A DNA stretch of 64,000 nt from an uncultured Bacilli bacterium (GCA_934130175.1 CAKOXP010000003.1:27494-91493), one strand, 5' to 3'; positions 10,021-20,432 are shown, counted from the stretch's first letter. The notes: generated by a model from the letters alone, not told the origin. A program made the numbers and translations.

Positions 10021-10417
10021 AAAAGGAGCAGGAAAATTTGTTTTAGGAGCAGCAGTTGGTGCTGGACTTGGACTTTTATTTGCACCTAAAAAAGGTAAAG
10101 ATTTAAGAGCTGATTTAAAAAATAAAATTGATGAATTAGTAAACCAAGTAAAAGAAATTGATCCAGAAGATTTAAAAGCAGAATTTGATAAGAAAGTTGC
10201 TGAAATTAAAGAAGAACTAGAAGATTTAGATAAGGAAAAAGTTTTAAAAATAGCTAAGAAAAAAGGTAATGAAATTAAGAAAAAAGCTGATGAATTAGTT
10301 GATTTAGCTGTTGCAAAAGGAACTCCAGTACTAAAAAAAGCTGCAGAAGATGTAAGAGATAAAGCAGTAGAAGTTACTAAAGATGTTCAAAAAAAATTAG
10401 AAGCAATTGAAATTTAA
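10013..10417 (+). CDS. YtxH-like protein (general stress-type, N-terminal Gly/Ala-rich membrane-associated helix)
   Basis: MSKKGAGKFVLGAAVGAGLGLLFAPKKGKDLR is the YtxH-family signature. Start moved to ATG 10013 (AAGGAGG RBS); it overlaps the DUF948 gene end. Confidence 0.6.
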   Translation: MSKKGAGKFVLGAAVGAGLGLLFAPKKGKDLRADLKNKIDELVNQVKEIDPEDLKAEFDKKVAEIKEELEDLDKEKVLKIAKKKGNEIKKKADELVDLAVAKGTPVLKKAAEDVRDKAVEVTKDVQKKLEAIEI

Positions 10418-10419
10418 GA

Positions 10420-10445
10420 GTTTTTATAACTCTTTTTCTTTATAA
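10420..10445 (+). terminator. Rho-independent terminator
   Basis: AGAGTT-tttat-AACTCT hairpin followed by a T-rich run. Confidence 0.5.
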
Positions 10446-10464
10446 AAATAAAATTAGAACTTTA

Positions 10465-10705
10465 TTTTAAGATATAAATATGTTATATTATAAGTGTAAT
10501 TTTTTGATGACTGATGATAAGTAATTATATTAAATACTTGCAGAGACTTAGTGGTTGGTGAAAACTAAGATATTTATTATATATGAAATACACATCATGA
10601 AAAAAATCGTTTATCGCGTTAAGATATTAAGGTGTATTTTGATACATAAAATAAGGTGGTACCACGAATAATTCGTCCTTTGGGTGATTTATTCGTTTTT
10701 TTATT
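10465..10705 (+). promoter_or_regulatory. T-box riboswitch leader (tyrosine-type) controlling tyrS
   Basis: Conserved T-box sequence AAGGTGGTACCACG at 10653-10666. It overlaps the 5-prime arm of the terminator ACGAATAA-(17 nt)-TTATTCGT-T7 at 10664-10703. About 250 nt of leader lies upstream of tyrS; the candidate Tyr specifier UAC sits in an upstream loop (around 10590). Confidence 0.7.
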
Positions 10706-10721
10706 AAAGGAGGATTTTAAA

Positions 10722-11954
10722 ATGACAAATTGGGAAGAATTAGAATGGAGAGGTTTGATTAAGGATACAGCAGGAGAAGACTTAAAAGATAAAATTAATA
10801 ATGAATCTATTACTTTTTATTGGGGAACAGATCCTACTGCTGACAGTCTTCACTTAGGACACTATAGTTCTTTAGTCACAGCTAAAAGATTAGCTAAAAT
10901 GGGACATCATCCTATACTTTTAGTAGGAGGAGCAACAGGACTTATTGGTGATCCTAGACCTACAGCAGAACGTGAAATTATTTCAAAAGAAGCTGTTGAA
11001 AAAAATTTAGATGGGATTAGAACTCAAGTAAATAACCTATTTAACGGAAATGTCGAAGTTGTTAACAATTATGATTGGATTAGTAAATTTGACTTTATAG
11101 ATTTCTTACGAGATGTTGGTAAATATATTAATATTAATTATATGTTAGATAAAGATATTATTAGAAGAAGATTAGACACAGGAATAACTTTTGCAGAGTT
11201 TTCTTATACTTTAATTCAAGGATATGATTTCTTGCATTTATTTAAAGAAAAAAATTGTATTATGCAAGCAGCAGGTTCTGATCAATGGGGAAATATCACA
11301 ACAGGAATTGATTTAATTAGAAAAATGACAGGAAAAGAAGCTTATGCTTTTACAATGCCATTAATCCTTGATTCTACTGGTAAAAAATTTGGTAAGAGTG
11401 AAGGAAATGCTTTATGGTTAAATGAAGAAAAAACATCATCTTATGAATTATATCAATATTTAATTAATACAGATGATGCTAAAGTATATGAATATTTAAA
11501 AGTCTTTACCTTCCTAACACCCGAAGAAATTGATAGTATTATGGAAGAACATAAAAAACAACCAGAAAAAAGACTTGCTCAAAAGAAATTAGCTGAGTGT
11601 ATAATAACTGATTTACATGGAGAGAATTCTTTCAAAGAAGCAATTGAGATAAGTGAAGCTTTATTTAGCGGAGATATCAAAAAATTAAATGCCAATGAAA
11701 TAGAATTAGCATTTAAAGGATTAGATGCTAAAGAGTTAACAGAAGAAAAAACAATAGTTGATTTATTAGTAGATGAAGAAATTTGTAAGAGTAAACGTGA
11801 AGCAAGAGAGTTTATTGATAATAAATCTATCACTTTGAATGGTGATAAAGTAGAATCTTATAATTTTCTAGTTACAAAAAGTGTAGCTATAGAACAAAAA
11901 TATATAGTTATTAGAAGAGGAAAGAAAAAATATTATATTTTAAAATTTATATAG
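10722..11954 (+). CDS. tyrS: Tyrosyl-tRNA synthetase
   Basis: HIGH-type motif (SLHLGHY), KFGKS (KMSKS-like) and a C-terminal S4 domain. Start at ATG 10722 with RBS AAAGGAGG; the track start 10656 lies inside the T-box terminator. Confidence 0.9.
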   Translation: MTNWEELEWRGLIKDTAGEDLKDKINNESITFYWGTDPTADSLHLGHYSSLVTAKRLAKMGHHPILLVGGATGLIGDPRPTAEREIISKEAVEKNLDGIRTQVNNLFNGNVEVVNNYDWISKFDFIDFLRDVGKYININYMLDKDIIRRRLDTGITFAEFSYTLIQGYDFLHLFKEKNCIMQAAGSDQWGNITTGIDLIRKMTGKEAYAFTMPLILDSTGKKFGKSEGNALWLNEEKTSSYELYQYLINTDDAKVYEYLKVFTFLTPEEIDSIMEEHKKQPEKRLAQKKLAECIITDLHGENSFKEAIEISEALFSGDIKKLNANEIELAFKGLDAKELTEEKTIVDLLVDEEICKSKREAREFIDNKSITLNGDKVESYNFLVTKSVAIEQKYIVIRRGKKKYYILKFI

Positions 11955-11967
11955 AAGGTGAAACTAT

Positions 11968-13185
11968 ATGAATGAGAAGTTTAAAAAAATTAGAAACATA
12001 ATAATTATTATTTGTCTTATTGTTTTACTTATAGATATAGTAATTCTAGTTAAGGGTAAGTTAACAAAGACAGAAAAGGCTTTCTTTGATAGTATTAATT
12101 CATTTGAGAAAAGTGATAATGATATTATTGCAGTTGGAAGTAATACTGATAACAAAGAATCTTATGAAAAAGCAAAAATTACTCTATATAATGACAAATA
12201 TGAAAAGAAATGGGAAAAATTTTACAATACTAAATATAGAAGTAGTTTTCTAGCAGTAAAAAAAGATAATGATAGTTATGTAGCTGTTGGTAATTATGAG
12301 GCAAATAAGAAAGAACATAAGTCTTCTTTAAGAAGCGCTTTGATAGTAAAATATGATAAAGAAGGAAATGTCATCAATAAAAAAGATTTCCAAGTTTTAG
12401 GTAATTCTAAATTTACTAACTTATTAGTAGTAGATGATGGATATATTGTTATTGGGCAAAGTATTTACGAAAATATGGTTCTTGGAACATCAACAGAAGG
12501 TGGAGCCTTTATCATAAAATATGATAAAAATTTAAAAGAAATTTGGAAGAAAAATTATGGTGGTTCTAAATCAGGTATTTATAACGATTTACTTATTTTA
12601 GATAATAATATTTATGTAGTTGGTAAAGACTCCTCTCGTCTAGGAATTATTTCTAAATATGATTTAGATGGTAATTATATTGATACTGCAACATACAAAA
12701 TCACTGATACTTTTGGTTTTACAGGAGTAACAACAGACAATGATTATTTATATGTTGTTGGTTCTAAAAAAGTTAAAGACGATGAAAATAGTTATGATAC
12801 TGATGCTTTAATTGTTAAATATGATAAAGATTTAAATAAAATATTAGAAAATAGTTATAGAGGAAAAGGTATGGAAAGATTTAATAAGATTATTCTTGAT
12901 GATAAATCTAACCTCGTAATTGTTGGACAAACAGGTATCTATAATAAAAAGAAATCAACAAGTAGTCTGAATGTATTTTCATATGATGGAATACTTGCTA
13001 AATATAATACTTCACTAAAAAAGCTGTTAATAGAAAATTATGGTAATAGTGAAGATGATTATTTAACAGATATTAAAAATATAAATGATAAATATGTACT
13101 TAGTGGTTATTCAACTTATAAAAATAACTATATGTCAAAGTTTATAACATATACGGAAAGTGGAAAGTTAATAGAGGTGAAATAG
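11968..13185 (+). CDS. Membrane-anchored repeat protein, probable extracytoplasmic beta-propeller
   Basis: N-terminal TM helix, then at least six repeats of an Y-[VI]-x-[VI]-G motif (YVAVGN, YIVIGQ, IYVVGK, LYVVGS, LVIVGQ, YVLSGY) spaced about 50 aa apart. Confidence 0.5.
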   Translation: MNEKFKKIRNIIIIICLIVLLIDIVILVKGKLTKTEKAFFDSINSFEKSDNDIIAVGSNTDNKESYEKAKITLYNDKYEKKWEKFYNTKYRSSFLAVKKDNDSYVAVGNYEANKKEHKSSLRSALIVKYDKEGNVINKKDFQVLGNSKFTNLLVVDDGYIVIGQSIYENMVLGTSTEGGAFIIKYDKNLKEIWKKNYGGSKSGIYNDLLILDNNIYVVGKDSSRLGIISKYDLDGNYIDTATYKITDTFGFTGVTTDNDYLYVVGSKKVKDDENSYDTDALIVKYDKDLNKILENSYRGKGMERFNKIILDDKSNLVIVGQTGIYNKKKSTSSLNVFSYDGILAKYNTSLKKLLIENYGNSEDDYLTDIKNINDKYVLSGYSTYKNNYMSKFITYTESGKLIEVK

Positions 13186-13728
13186 ATGCAGATAACATTA
13201 GTAAGACATGGACAAACTGATTATAATAATGCAAAAATTTTGCAAGGAGTTTCTAATATACCATTAAATGATACAGGTAGAAAGCAAGCTACTACTCTAA
13301 AACAAAGATTAAAAGATACTAATTTTGATATATGCTTTTCATCTCCACTTATTCGTGCCATGGAAACAGCTATGATTTTAGTAGGCGATAGAGTTGAAAT
13401 AATAAGAGATGATCGTCTTATTGAAAGAAATATGGGCCAGTTAGAAGGAAAAGATGTTTCTTTATATAATTCTAAAAAATATTGGGATTATAATTTGAAT
13501 AGCAATGATTTAGATGTAGAAAGTATTCAAACAATTTTTAAAAGATGTGAAGAATTTTTATCATATATAAGTGAAAAGTATAAAGATAAATCAGTATTAG
13601 TAGTTTCACATGGAGCAGTTACTAGAGCTCTTCATCATATAATTAGTAATACTGATAAAAACAGTAACATGCTTAAATTTAAAGTAGATAATTGTTTTTG
13701 TGAAACTTTAGAATATAAAGACAAATAA
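13186..13728 (+). CDS. Histidine phosphatase family protein (phosphoglycerate mutase-like)
   Basis: RHG catalytic motif at the N-terminus (LVRHGQTDYN) and SHG near the C-terminus. Start is coupled to the upstream stop (TAGATG). Confidence 0.75.
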   Translation: MQITLVRHGQTDYNNAKILQGVSNIPLNDTGRKQATTLKQRLKDTNFDICFSSPLIRAMETAMILVGDRVEIIRDDRLIERNMGQLEGKDVSLYNSKKYWDYNLNSNDLDVESIQTIFKRCEEFLSYISEKYKDKSVLVVSHGAVTRALHHIISNTDKNSNMLKFKVDNCFCETLEYKDK

Positions 13729-13762
13729 AAAACTCGGATTAAAATTTTCCGAGTTTTAATAT
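13729..13762. terminator. Bidirectional terminator shared by the phosphatase gene (+) and rpsD (-)
   Basis: AACTCGGA-ttaaaatt-TCCGAGTT hairpin flanked by A and T runs. Confidence 0.6.
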
Positions 13763-13769
13763 TAACAAA

Positions 13770-14372
13770 TTACTTGTTATAGAATTCAACGATTAATGCT
13801 TCATTAATATCAGCGTTAAGTTCTCCTCTTTCAGGAAGTCTAACATAAGTAGCTTCCATTTTCTTATCATCATAATTAATGAATTCTACTCTCTTAGTAA
13901 CTTTAGCTAATGAATCAAGTACAACCTTTAATTCTTTATCTTTATCCTTTAAAGAAATAACATCTCCAACTTTAACTCTGTATGATGGAATATCAACTTT
14001 TTTACCATTAACAGTAACATGACCATGGTTAACTAATTGTCTAGCACCACGTCTAGTTGAAGCAAATCCAATACGATAAACTAAGTTATCAAGTCTTGAT
14101 TCAAGAAGTCTTAAGAAGTTTGTACCGTGAATACCTTGTATTTTAGAAGCTTCATCAAAAGTTTTTCTAAATTGTCTTTCGCTAAGTCCATACATAAATC
14201 TAACTTTTTGTTTTTCTTTTAATTGGATACCATAGTCAGATAATTTACCCTTACGAGCATTACCATGTTGACCAGGACCATATGGACGACGAGCTAATTC
14301 TTTACCAGTTTCTGAAATTGAAAAACCAACACGACGAGCTCTTTTATATTCTGATCCAGTATATCTTGACAT
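13770..14372 (-). CDS. rpsD: 30S ribosomal protein S4
   Basis: [17 protein letters not shown]...GPGQHG...; canonical S4, 200 aa. Confidence 0.92.
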   Translation of the reverse strand: MSRYTGSEYKRARRVGFSISETGKELARRPYGPGQHGNARKGKLSDYGIQLKEKQKVRFMYGLSERQFRKTFDEASKIQGIHGTNFLRLLESRLDNLVYRIGFASTRRGARQLVNHGHVTVNGKKVDIPSYRVKVGDVISLKDKDKELKVVLDSLAKVTKRVEFINYDDKKMEATYVRLPERGELNADINEALIVEFYNK

Positions 14373-14560
14373 AATATTTCTCCTTTCTAAAATATTACAT
14401 AAATACTTAAATCAATTTAGTCGAACTTTAGGGAGTTTTTATTCACCTAATGGCTTCGGTTACTAACCAACTAAAAACACATTAAAGAACTCTAAATCTG
14501 CCATCTAAGTCAATATGCACTACTAATTATATTATAAAATATAGGAAAAAGTCAAGTTTT
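14373..14560 (-). promoter_or_regulatory. rpsD promoter and long structured 5-prime UTR (S4 autoregulatory leader)
   Basis: Minus-strand TTGACT-18-TATAAT at about 14556-14527, followed by a leader of about 150 nt before the RBS AAAGGAG. B. subtilis rpsD is translationally autoregulated through its leader. Confidence 0.4.
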
Positions 14561-14698
14561 ATTCAGGTTTTGCGATATTTCCTAAAAAAAACATATTATT
14601 TATGCTTGTAAAATTCTGTAATAAATGTCTAAAGTTATTATTATTGTATTTACTAATTCCATCATTTAAGTTAATCTAAGGATAGGAGAGTGAGAAAT

Positions 14699-15664
14699 GT
14701 GAAAAAAATTTTGAATTATTGTTTATTTTTGTTAATATTAATGGTTTTTTCTTTAAGTAGTGTCAATGCAGAGGAAATATCCATTAAATCATTACCTAAG
14801 GAATTTGCATCTGATGATATTAAATATAGTATAGATAGTTTTGAAATCAAGGTTTATGATGCTTCAAATAATGCAGACGGAAATTCCAAATATTTTACAG
14901 ATAAGCAAGTTTTATATACTATTCCTATAACAGGTGATGATTTAACCATAAATCCTGTTATAACAAAATCTAAATTATATGAAGTTCCTGCAACGTTTGT
15001 TAAACTTAATTTAAGTATTGATAATAGTAAGATTATACAGTTAGTAAAAGAAAAAATTCCAAATACTACAGATGATGCAACTTATATTTTTGAAGTTGTT
15101 GCTAATTATAAAATAAATGAAGTACCAAATGAATACAAATATTATGCTCGTCTTAACTTATTTGATCTTATGCTATCTATTTTTGGAAATTCAAATGTAG
15201 ACGCTTTAAAAAATATCACATTAAATAATACAACAACTCAAATTATTAATATTGGTGGAATAATCAGGGAGAATGGTAAAGAAGAAACATACTATGGTAA
15301 TTCAGTTAATGAAAAAGGTGAGGATGTTTCAACAGCTTCAGGAGCAATGTTGGACTATGCGGTTTTATCCAAAAAAGAGCCAATTATTTCAAGTGAAAAT
15401 GATACAACAGACAGTTATATATTTATGTTGCATGACATGGATAATATAGAAAAAGTATTATCTGATTATCAAAAATCATTTGAAGAAAACAAAGATGAAT
15501 TTATTAATAATGATGATGATAATAAGGATAATTCCCAACAAGTAAAGGTAGATGATACAGGAATTAATATTTCTATTGTTGGATATGGAATAGGAGCATT
15601 TATTATGATCCTTGGAATAACAGTTATAGTCAATACCATTTGGGTTAATAAAAAGAATTCATAG
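14699..15664 (+). CDS. Secreted protein with C-terminal TM anchor, hypothetical
   Basis: Signal peptide (LFLLILMVFSLSSVNA) and a C-terminal hydrophobic helix (IGAFIMILGITVIVNTIW). GTG start at 14699 with AGGAG 9 nt upstream; 14690 is the alternative. Confidence 0.5.
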   Translation: MKKILNYCLFLLILMVFSLSSVNAEEISIKSLPKEFASDDIKYSIDSFEIKVYDASNNADGNSKYFTDKQVLYTIPITGDDLTINPVITKSKLYEVPATFVKLNLSIDNSKIIQLVKEKIPNTTDDATYIFEVVANYKINEVPNEYKYYARLNLFDLMLSIFGNSNVDALKNITLNNTTTQIINIGGIIRENGKEETYYGNSVNEKGEDVSTASGAMLDYAVLSKKEPIISSENDTTDSYIFMLHDMDNIEKVLSDYQKSFEENKDEFINNDDDNKDNSQQVKVDDTGINISIVGYGIGAFIMILGITVIVNTIWVNKKNS

Positions 15665-15757
15665 TTCTTTTTTTTTACCATTTTTTACAATTTTCGAAAA
15701 GTTGTAGAAAATTAATTCTTGATGTGGTAAAATTATCTATGATAAGAGGTGTATAAT

Positions 15758-17470
15758 ATGGAAGGACAAATATTAGTAATTATAACGACTGCAATTATAT
15801 GTTTGATAATAACTATATTATGGTTTCTTTTTGTTAGACGCCAAGAGAAAAAGATTTATGTAAATAAAGCCAAAGAGTTAGAAGTAGATAAAAACTTAAT
15901 TACAAGTACACCAATTTTACTTGAATTATCTAAAATAGAGCCAATTATTAAAAATGAAATGATGGAAGAAAAATATGATAATTGGCAAGCAAAATTTATA
16001 TCTATCAAAGAAAATGACATTATGAAAATAGATGATTTATTGATAGATTTAGATGTACTTCTAGAAAAAAAAGAATTTAAAAATGCGACTAGTAAGATAG
16101 CATCTATTGAATTAGAAATTTATAAGACAAAAGAAAAGACTGATAACTTACTTGATGAAATCAAAGAAATAACTTTGAGTGAGGAAAAATATCGTAGTAT
16201 TGTTACTAAATTAAAAGCAAAATATCGTAGATTGAATGCTGAATATCAAAAACATAAAAATTTATATGATGATATGCAAGAAGCTATTGATTTACAACTT
16301 GAAAATATAGAAAAGAACTTCCTAGATTTTGAAAAAGTAATGGAAAAAAATGATTATACTGAAGTTGTACATATTGTTAAAGCACTTGATGCTATGATTG
16401 ATCACATGCAGATAATTGTTGATGAAACTCCAGATGTTCTATTAATGGCTAAACAGTTAATCCCAAAACGTATCAAAGAAATTCAAGATGTATATGATAA
16501 TATGACAAATGAAGGTTATCCGCTTGATTATTTAAATATTCCTTATAATATAGAAGAATCACAAAAAAATATTGGTAAAATCCTAGATAAAGTAAAAATC
16601 CTTAATCTAGAAGATTGTATGTTTGAATTAAAAACTATCTTAGATTATTTAGATTCACTATTTGTTGATTTTGAAAAAGAAAGATTAAGTAAAAAGGTTT
16701 ATGAAGAAATAGAAAATGATTTCAATAAAAAAATTACTAAGACAAATAAAATAGTAGAAGAACTTTTTCTTCAATTAGATGATATTAAGAATATGTATGA
16801 TTTGAATGAAAAAGATTTAGAAACTATCAATGAGGTTAAAAAAACTTTAGTAGTAATTAATGATGATTACAAAAATATTACTGGTAAAGTTGGAGCTGAA
16901 TCTTGTCCTTATTCTATGCTTCAAAAAGATATTGAAGAGTTAATGAATAGATTGAAAGTTATGGAAGAAGATTTAGATAGAGCTTTAAAATCACTTGGTA
17001 ATTTACATGATGATGAAGAACGTGCCAGAGAACAATTAAAAGATATTGAACAATTCCTAAAAGCTTCTAAAGAAAAGATGCGTAGTTATAAATTACCAAT
17101 TATATCTGATAATTACTTTGTAGAATTAAAAGAAGCAAATGAAGCTATTTTAGAAGTTATTAAAGAATTAGAAAGAAAACCAATAGTTATAAAAACATTA
17201 AATACAAGAGTTGATACAGCAAGAGATTTAGTATTAAAATTATATAACACTACTAATGAAATGATAAAAACAGCTACTCTAGCTGAAAAGTGTATTGTTT
17301 ATAGTAATAGATACCGCGCATATTATGATGAGGTTGAAACAGGACTAAAAAAAGCAGAAGCTTATTTCTATAAAGGTGAATATAAGAAATCACTTGATAC
17401 TGTTTTAAAGACTTGTGCTTTAGTAGATGATGGTATTTATAAAAAAATGTTAGCTATTTACGATAATTAA
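15758..17470 (+). CDS. ezrA: Septation ring formation regulator EzrA
   Basis: Single N-terminal TM helix followed by about 540 aa of coiled coil; length and position (upstream of thiI) match B. subtilis ezrA. Confidence 0.7.
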   Translation: MEGQILVIITTAIICLIITILWFLFVRRQEKKIYVNKAKELEVDKNLITSTPILLELSKIEPIIKNEMMEEKYDNWQAKFISIKENDIMKIDDLLIDLDVLLEKKEFKNATSKIASIELEIYKTKEKTDNLLDEIKEITLSEEKYRSIVTKLKAKYRRLNAEYQKHKNLYDDMQEAIDLQLENIEKNFLDFEKVMEKNDYTEVVHIVKALDAMIDHMQIIVDETPDVLLMAKQLIPKRIKEIQDVYDNMTNEGYPLDYLNIPYNIEESQKNIGKILDKVKILNLEDCMFELKTILDYLDSLFVDFEKERLSKKVYEEIENDFNKKITKTNKIVEELFLQLDDIKNMYDLNEKDLETINEVKKTLVVINDDYKNITGKVGAESCPYSMLQKDIEELMNRLKVMEEDLDRALKSLGNLHDDEERAREQLKDIEQFLKASKEKMRSYKLPIISDNYFVELKEANEAILEVIKELERKPIVIKTLNTRVDTARDLVLKLYNTTNEMIKTATLAEKCIVYSNRYRAYYDEVETGLKKAEAYFYKGEYKKSLDTVLKTCALVDDGIYKKMLAIYDN

Positions 17471-17547
17471 TCTGCATGATTACATGTAGATTTTTCTTTT
17501 TTTAGAAATAAAATTATGTTAAAATATAGATGTTTGGAGTGAAGTAT

Positions 17548-18735
17548 ATGGATAAAGTTATATTAATTAAATATGGAGAACTTACAACTAAAAAACAAAA
17601 CCGTAATTTTTTTGTAAATACTTTATATAATAATATTAAAAATAAATTAAAAAATTATGATGTAAAAATTAAAAAAGATATTTCTAGAATGTATATAGAA
17701 TTTAAAGATGAAGAATTAGATGATATCAAAGATGTTATTAATCATATCTTTGGTATCCATATGTATCATATTGCGACAATTGTAGATACTAATATAGATA
17801 CTATTAAAGAAAAATTGCTTGAAATGATGAAAAGCGAAGACTTTAAAACTTTTAAAATCGAAACAAAGAGAAGTGATAAGAGTTTTCCTTATAGAAGCAC
17901 TGAAATAAATCCAATGTTAGGTTCATATTTATTAAAAAATATTGAGAATATAAAAGTTGATGTTCACAATCCTGATATTTTAGTAAATGTAGAAGTTAGA
18001 GAGTATCATTCTTATATATATACTAAAGGATATAAAGGTTGTGGTGGATATCCAACAGGTGTTCAAAATAAAGCAATGCTTATGTTGAGTGGAGGAATTG
18101 ATTCTCCAGTTGCAGGATATCTTGCTATGAAACGTGGTATAAAACTAGATGCAGTTTACTTTGAAGCAATTCCACATACAAGTATAGAAGCTCGTAATAA
18201 AGTAATAGAACTTACGAAAAAACTTTCTAAATATACAGATAGTATCAATTTGCATATTGTTAATTTTACAAAAATACAAGAAGAAATTTATAAAAAAGCA
18301 AATCCAAATTATTGTATTACAATTATGCGTCGAATGATGTATCGTATTATGGAAAAACTTGCTATTAAAAATCATGCACTAGCAATAGTAAATGGAGAAA
18401 GTGTTGGACAAGTAGCATCTCAGACATTAACAAGTATGAATGTTATAAATAGTGTTACTAATATGCCAGTGATTAGACCTGTTGCGTGTTTAGATAAATT
18501 AGAAATTATGGAAATTGCTAGAAAAATAAATACATATGAAACTAGCATTTTACCATATGAAGATTGTTGTACTGTGTTTGTTCCTAAACATCCAGTAATA
18601 AATCCTAAATTAGAAGATGCTCTAAAAATGGAAGAAAGAATTGATTATGAACAAATGATTAATGAAGCAGTAGAAGATGTTTATACTATTAAAGTTTCAG
18701 ATAGTATAGATGAAAAATTTAAAAATTTATTATAG
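17548..18735 (+). CDS. thiI: tRNA 4-thiouridine synthase ThiI
   Basis: THUMP domain N-terminus plus the PP-loop SGGIDSPVA. Confidence 0.9.
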   Translation: MDKVILIKYGELTTKKQNRNFFVNTLYNNIKNKLKNYDVKIKKDISRMYIEFKDEELDDIKDVINHIFGIHMYHIATIVDTNIDTIKEKLLEMMKSEDFKTFKIETKRSDKSFPYRSTEINPMLGSYLLKNIENIKVDVHNPDILVNVEVREYHSYIYTKGYKGCGGYPTGVQNKAMLMLSGGIDSPVAGYLAMKRGIKLDAVYFEAIPHTSIEARNKVIELTKKLSKYTDSINLHIVNFTKIQEEIYKKANPNYCITIMRRMMYRIMEKLAIKNHALAIVNGESVGQVASQTLTSMNVINSVTNMPVIRPVACLDKLEIMEIARKINTYETSILPYEDCCTVFVPKHPVINPKLEDALKMEERIDYEQMINEAVEDVYTIKVSDSIDEKFKNLL

Positions 18736-18809
18736 GTATAAATTACCAATTAATTTTATGTATGAATTTTAATTTATTTCACAATCTATAAGTGTAGGAG
18801 GTGAAATAA

Positions 18810-19022
18810 ATGACTAACTCAAATAACTCAAGTATGAAAATGAGAGTTCCAGGAGCTAAACAAGCTATCGATAAAATGAAATATGAAATAGCTAATGAAT
18901 TAGGTGTAAATTTAGGACCAGATGCTACTTCTCGTGCAAACGGATCAGTTGGTGGTGAAATTACAAGACGTTTAGTTCAAAATGGACTTAACCAAGTAAG
19001 TGGAAGCTATATCAATAAGTAA
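18810..19022 (+). CDS. Small acid-soluble spore protein, alpha/beta type
   Basis: [45 protein letters not shown] is near-identical to the conserved SASP alpha/beta motifs. Adjacent to thiI as is sspA in B. subtilis. Confidence 0.85.
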   Translation: MTNSNNSSMKMRVPGAKQAIDKMKYEIANELGVNLGPDATSRANGSVGGEITRRLVQNGLNQVSGSYINK

Positions 19023-19029
19023 GTATAGC

Positions 19030-19065
19030 TTAAAAGATAGACCTTAGGGCCTATCTTTTGTTTTG
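19030..19065 (+). terminator. Rho-independent terminator after the SASP gene
   Basis: AGATAGaCC-ttag-GGcCTATCT hairpin followed by a T-rich run. Confidence 0.55.
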
Positions 19066-19298
19066 AAAATAAATTTAATTTATTATAATTTTTGACTTTA
19101 TATGATTTCAAAATTTTCCTGAGAATAAGTTTTTAAAAAGTAATATATTATACTGAGATTTTAAAAAATATAAAATTAATACCTATTAATTACGGAAAAG
19201 TAGGCTCTTTCTGCAATAATATAAGTAGAAAGAAGTTTATTTTTTTGCCCTCTTTCTTAATAAACTTCTTTTTAATAATAATTAAACAGGAGGAATAA

Positions 19299-20285
19299 AT
19301 GAATCAAGATAATTTAATAAAGCTAAAGGAGGATAATCATAAATCTTTATATGAACTTGGCGTGACACGTGAAAATATTGTTGAGTTAAAAAGAAAGATA
19401 ACGAAGGGTGAAAAAATAAGTATTCTTTCAGATACAATGTTTTCTGCCATGTTTCAAAATGAAAATAGAATAAAATATTCAGCTAAATTTTTATCTTATT
19501 TTGTAGATGTAAGTTATGAAGATTTACTAAAAAATATAAGATTAAGTAAGAATGTATCATCAAATGAAAAAGAGTATGATAAAGGAACTAGATGTGATTA
19601 TGTGGCTAGATTTGGTAAGACTATACTAGGAATAGAAGTGAATAATAATTATAATATCGAAGTGATGGAACGTAATGTAGAATATGCTTATAAACAATAT
19701 TCAGAAAAAATTGTAAGAGGAGGAATAAAAGATAAAGATGGAAAGAGTGTCTATGAATATAGTTAAACAATTCAGTTTAATCTAAATAATTTTTCATTTA
19801 AAGGAAATGATAAAATAATAGATATATATGGAATACAAAATGATGATGGATTAAGATTAAATAATAAAATAATATTTGTCCAAATATATGTACCTAACTT
19901 AATGAAAAAATGTTATACTAAAAGCATAGAAAGTTTGGATGAAAGAGAAAAATACTTATATGCTTTAGTAGAACAAAATATATCCAAACTAGAAAAGTTA
20001 GGTGATGATAATATTATGAAGGAATATATAAAAGAAGCAGAAGAAGTATGTTTTGATACAGGATTTGGTGAGTCTTATGATAAAGAAAGGGCTCTAAGAG
20101 AACAGGAATACAATTACGGATTGGATGATGGGATAAAGGAAGGAATAAAGCAAGGTGTAGAAAAAGGTTCACTTGATAAATCTATTGAAATAGCAAAAAA
20201 TCTTTTACAAAATAATGTAGATATATCTATTATTTTAAAGTCTACAGGATTATCTAAAGAACAAATCGAAGAATTGAAAATTTAA
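19299..20285 (+). pseudogene. Rpn/YhgA-like PD-(D/E)XK nuclease (putative transposase-like) gene disrupted by a single in-frame TAA
   Basis: ORF 19299-19766 and ORF 19902-20285 are in the same frame. The only interruption is TAA at 19764-19766; downstream the frame reads on (TIQFNL...IDIYGIQNDDGLRLNNKIIFVQIYVPNLMKKCY...). The N-terminus (ILSDTMFSAMFQNENRIKYSAKFLSYF) and the C-terminal GIKEGIKQGVEKG...STGLSKEQIEEL repeats are typical of the Rpn family. Confidence 0.55.
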
Positions 20286-20432
20286 ACTTAAGTAAGTGCA
20301 GACTTATTCTAAAAGAAAATCGTAAAAAATATTTTTAAGGGTATAACAATCTATACTCTTTTTTTCTGGTATTTATTTACTAGGAAAAATAAAAAAGATA
20401 TAGTATAATATTATAAGAAGGGAAGTGAATGT

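Noticed and set aside
10656-10721. ORF-track start of tyrS at 10656
   Set aside because: This stretch is the T-box terminator hairpin and T run. The true start is ATG 10722, which has an AAAGGAGG RBS.
20286-20432. cre (CcpA) site upstream of ackA
   Set aside because: AAGAAAATCGTAAAAAA superficially resembles TGWAANCGNTNWCA but mismatches the key T-G and central positions. It is not convincing by eye.
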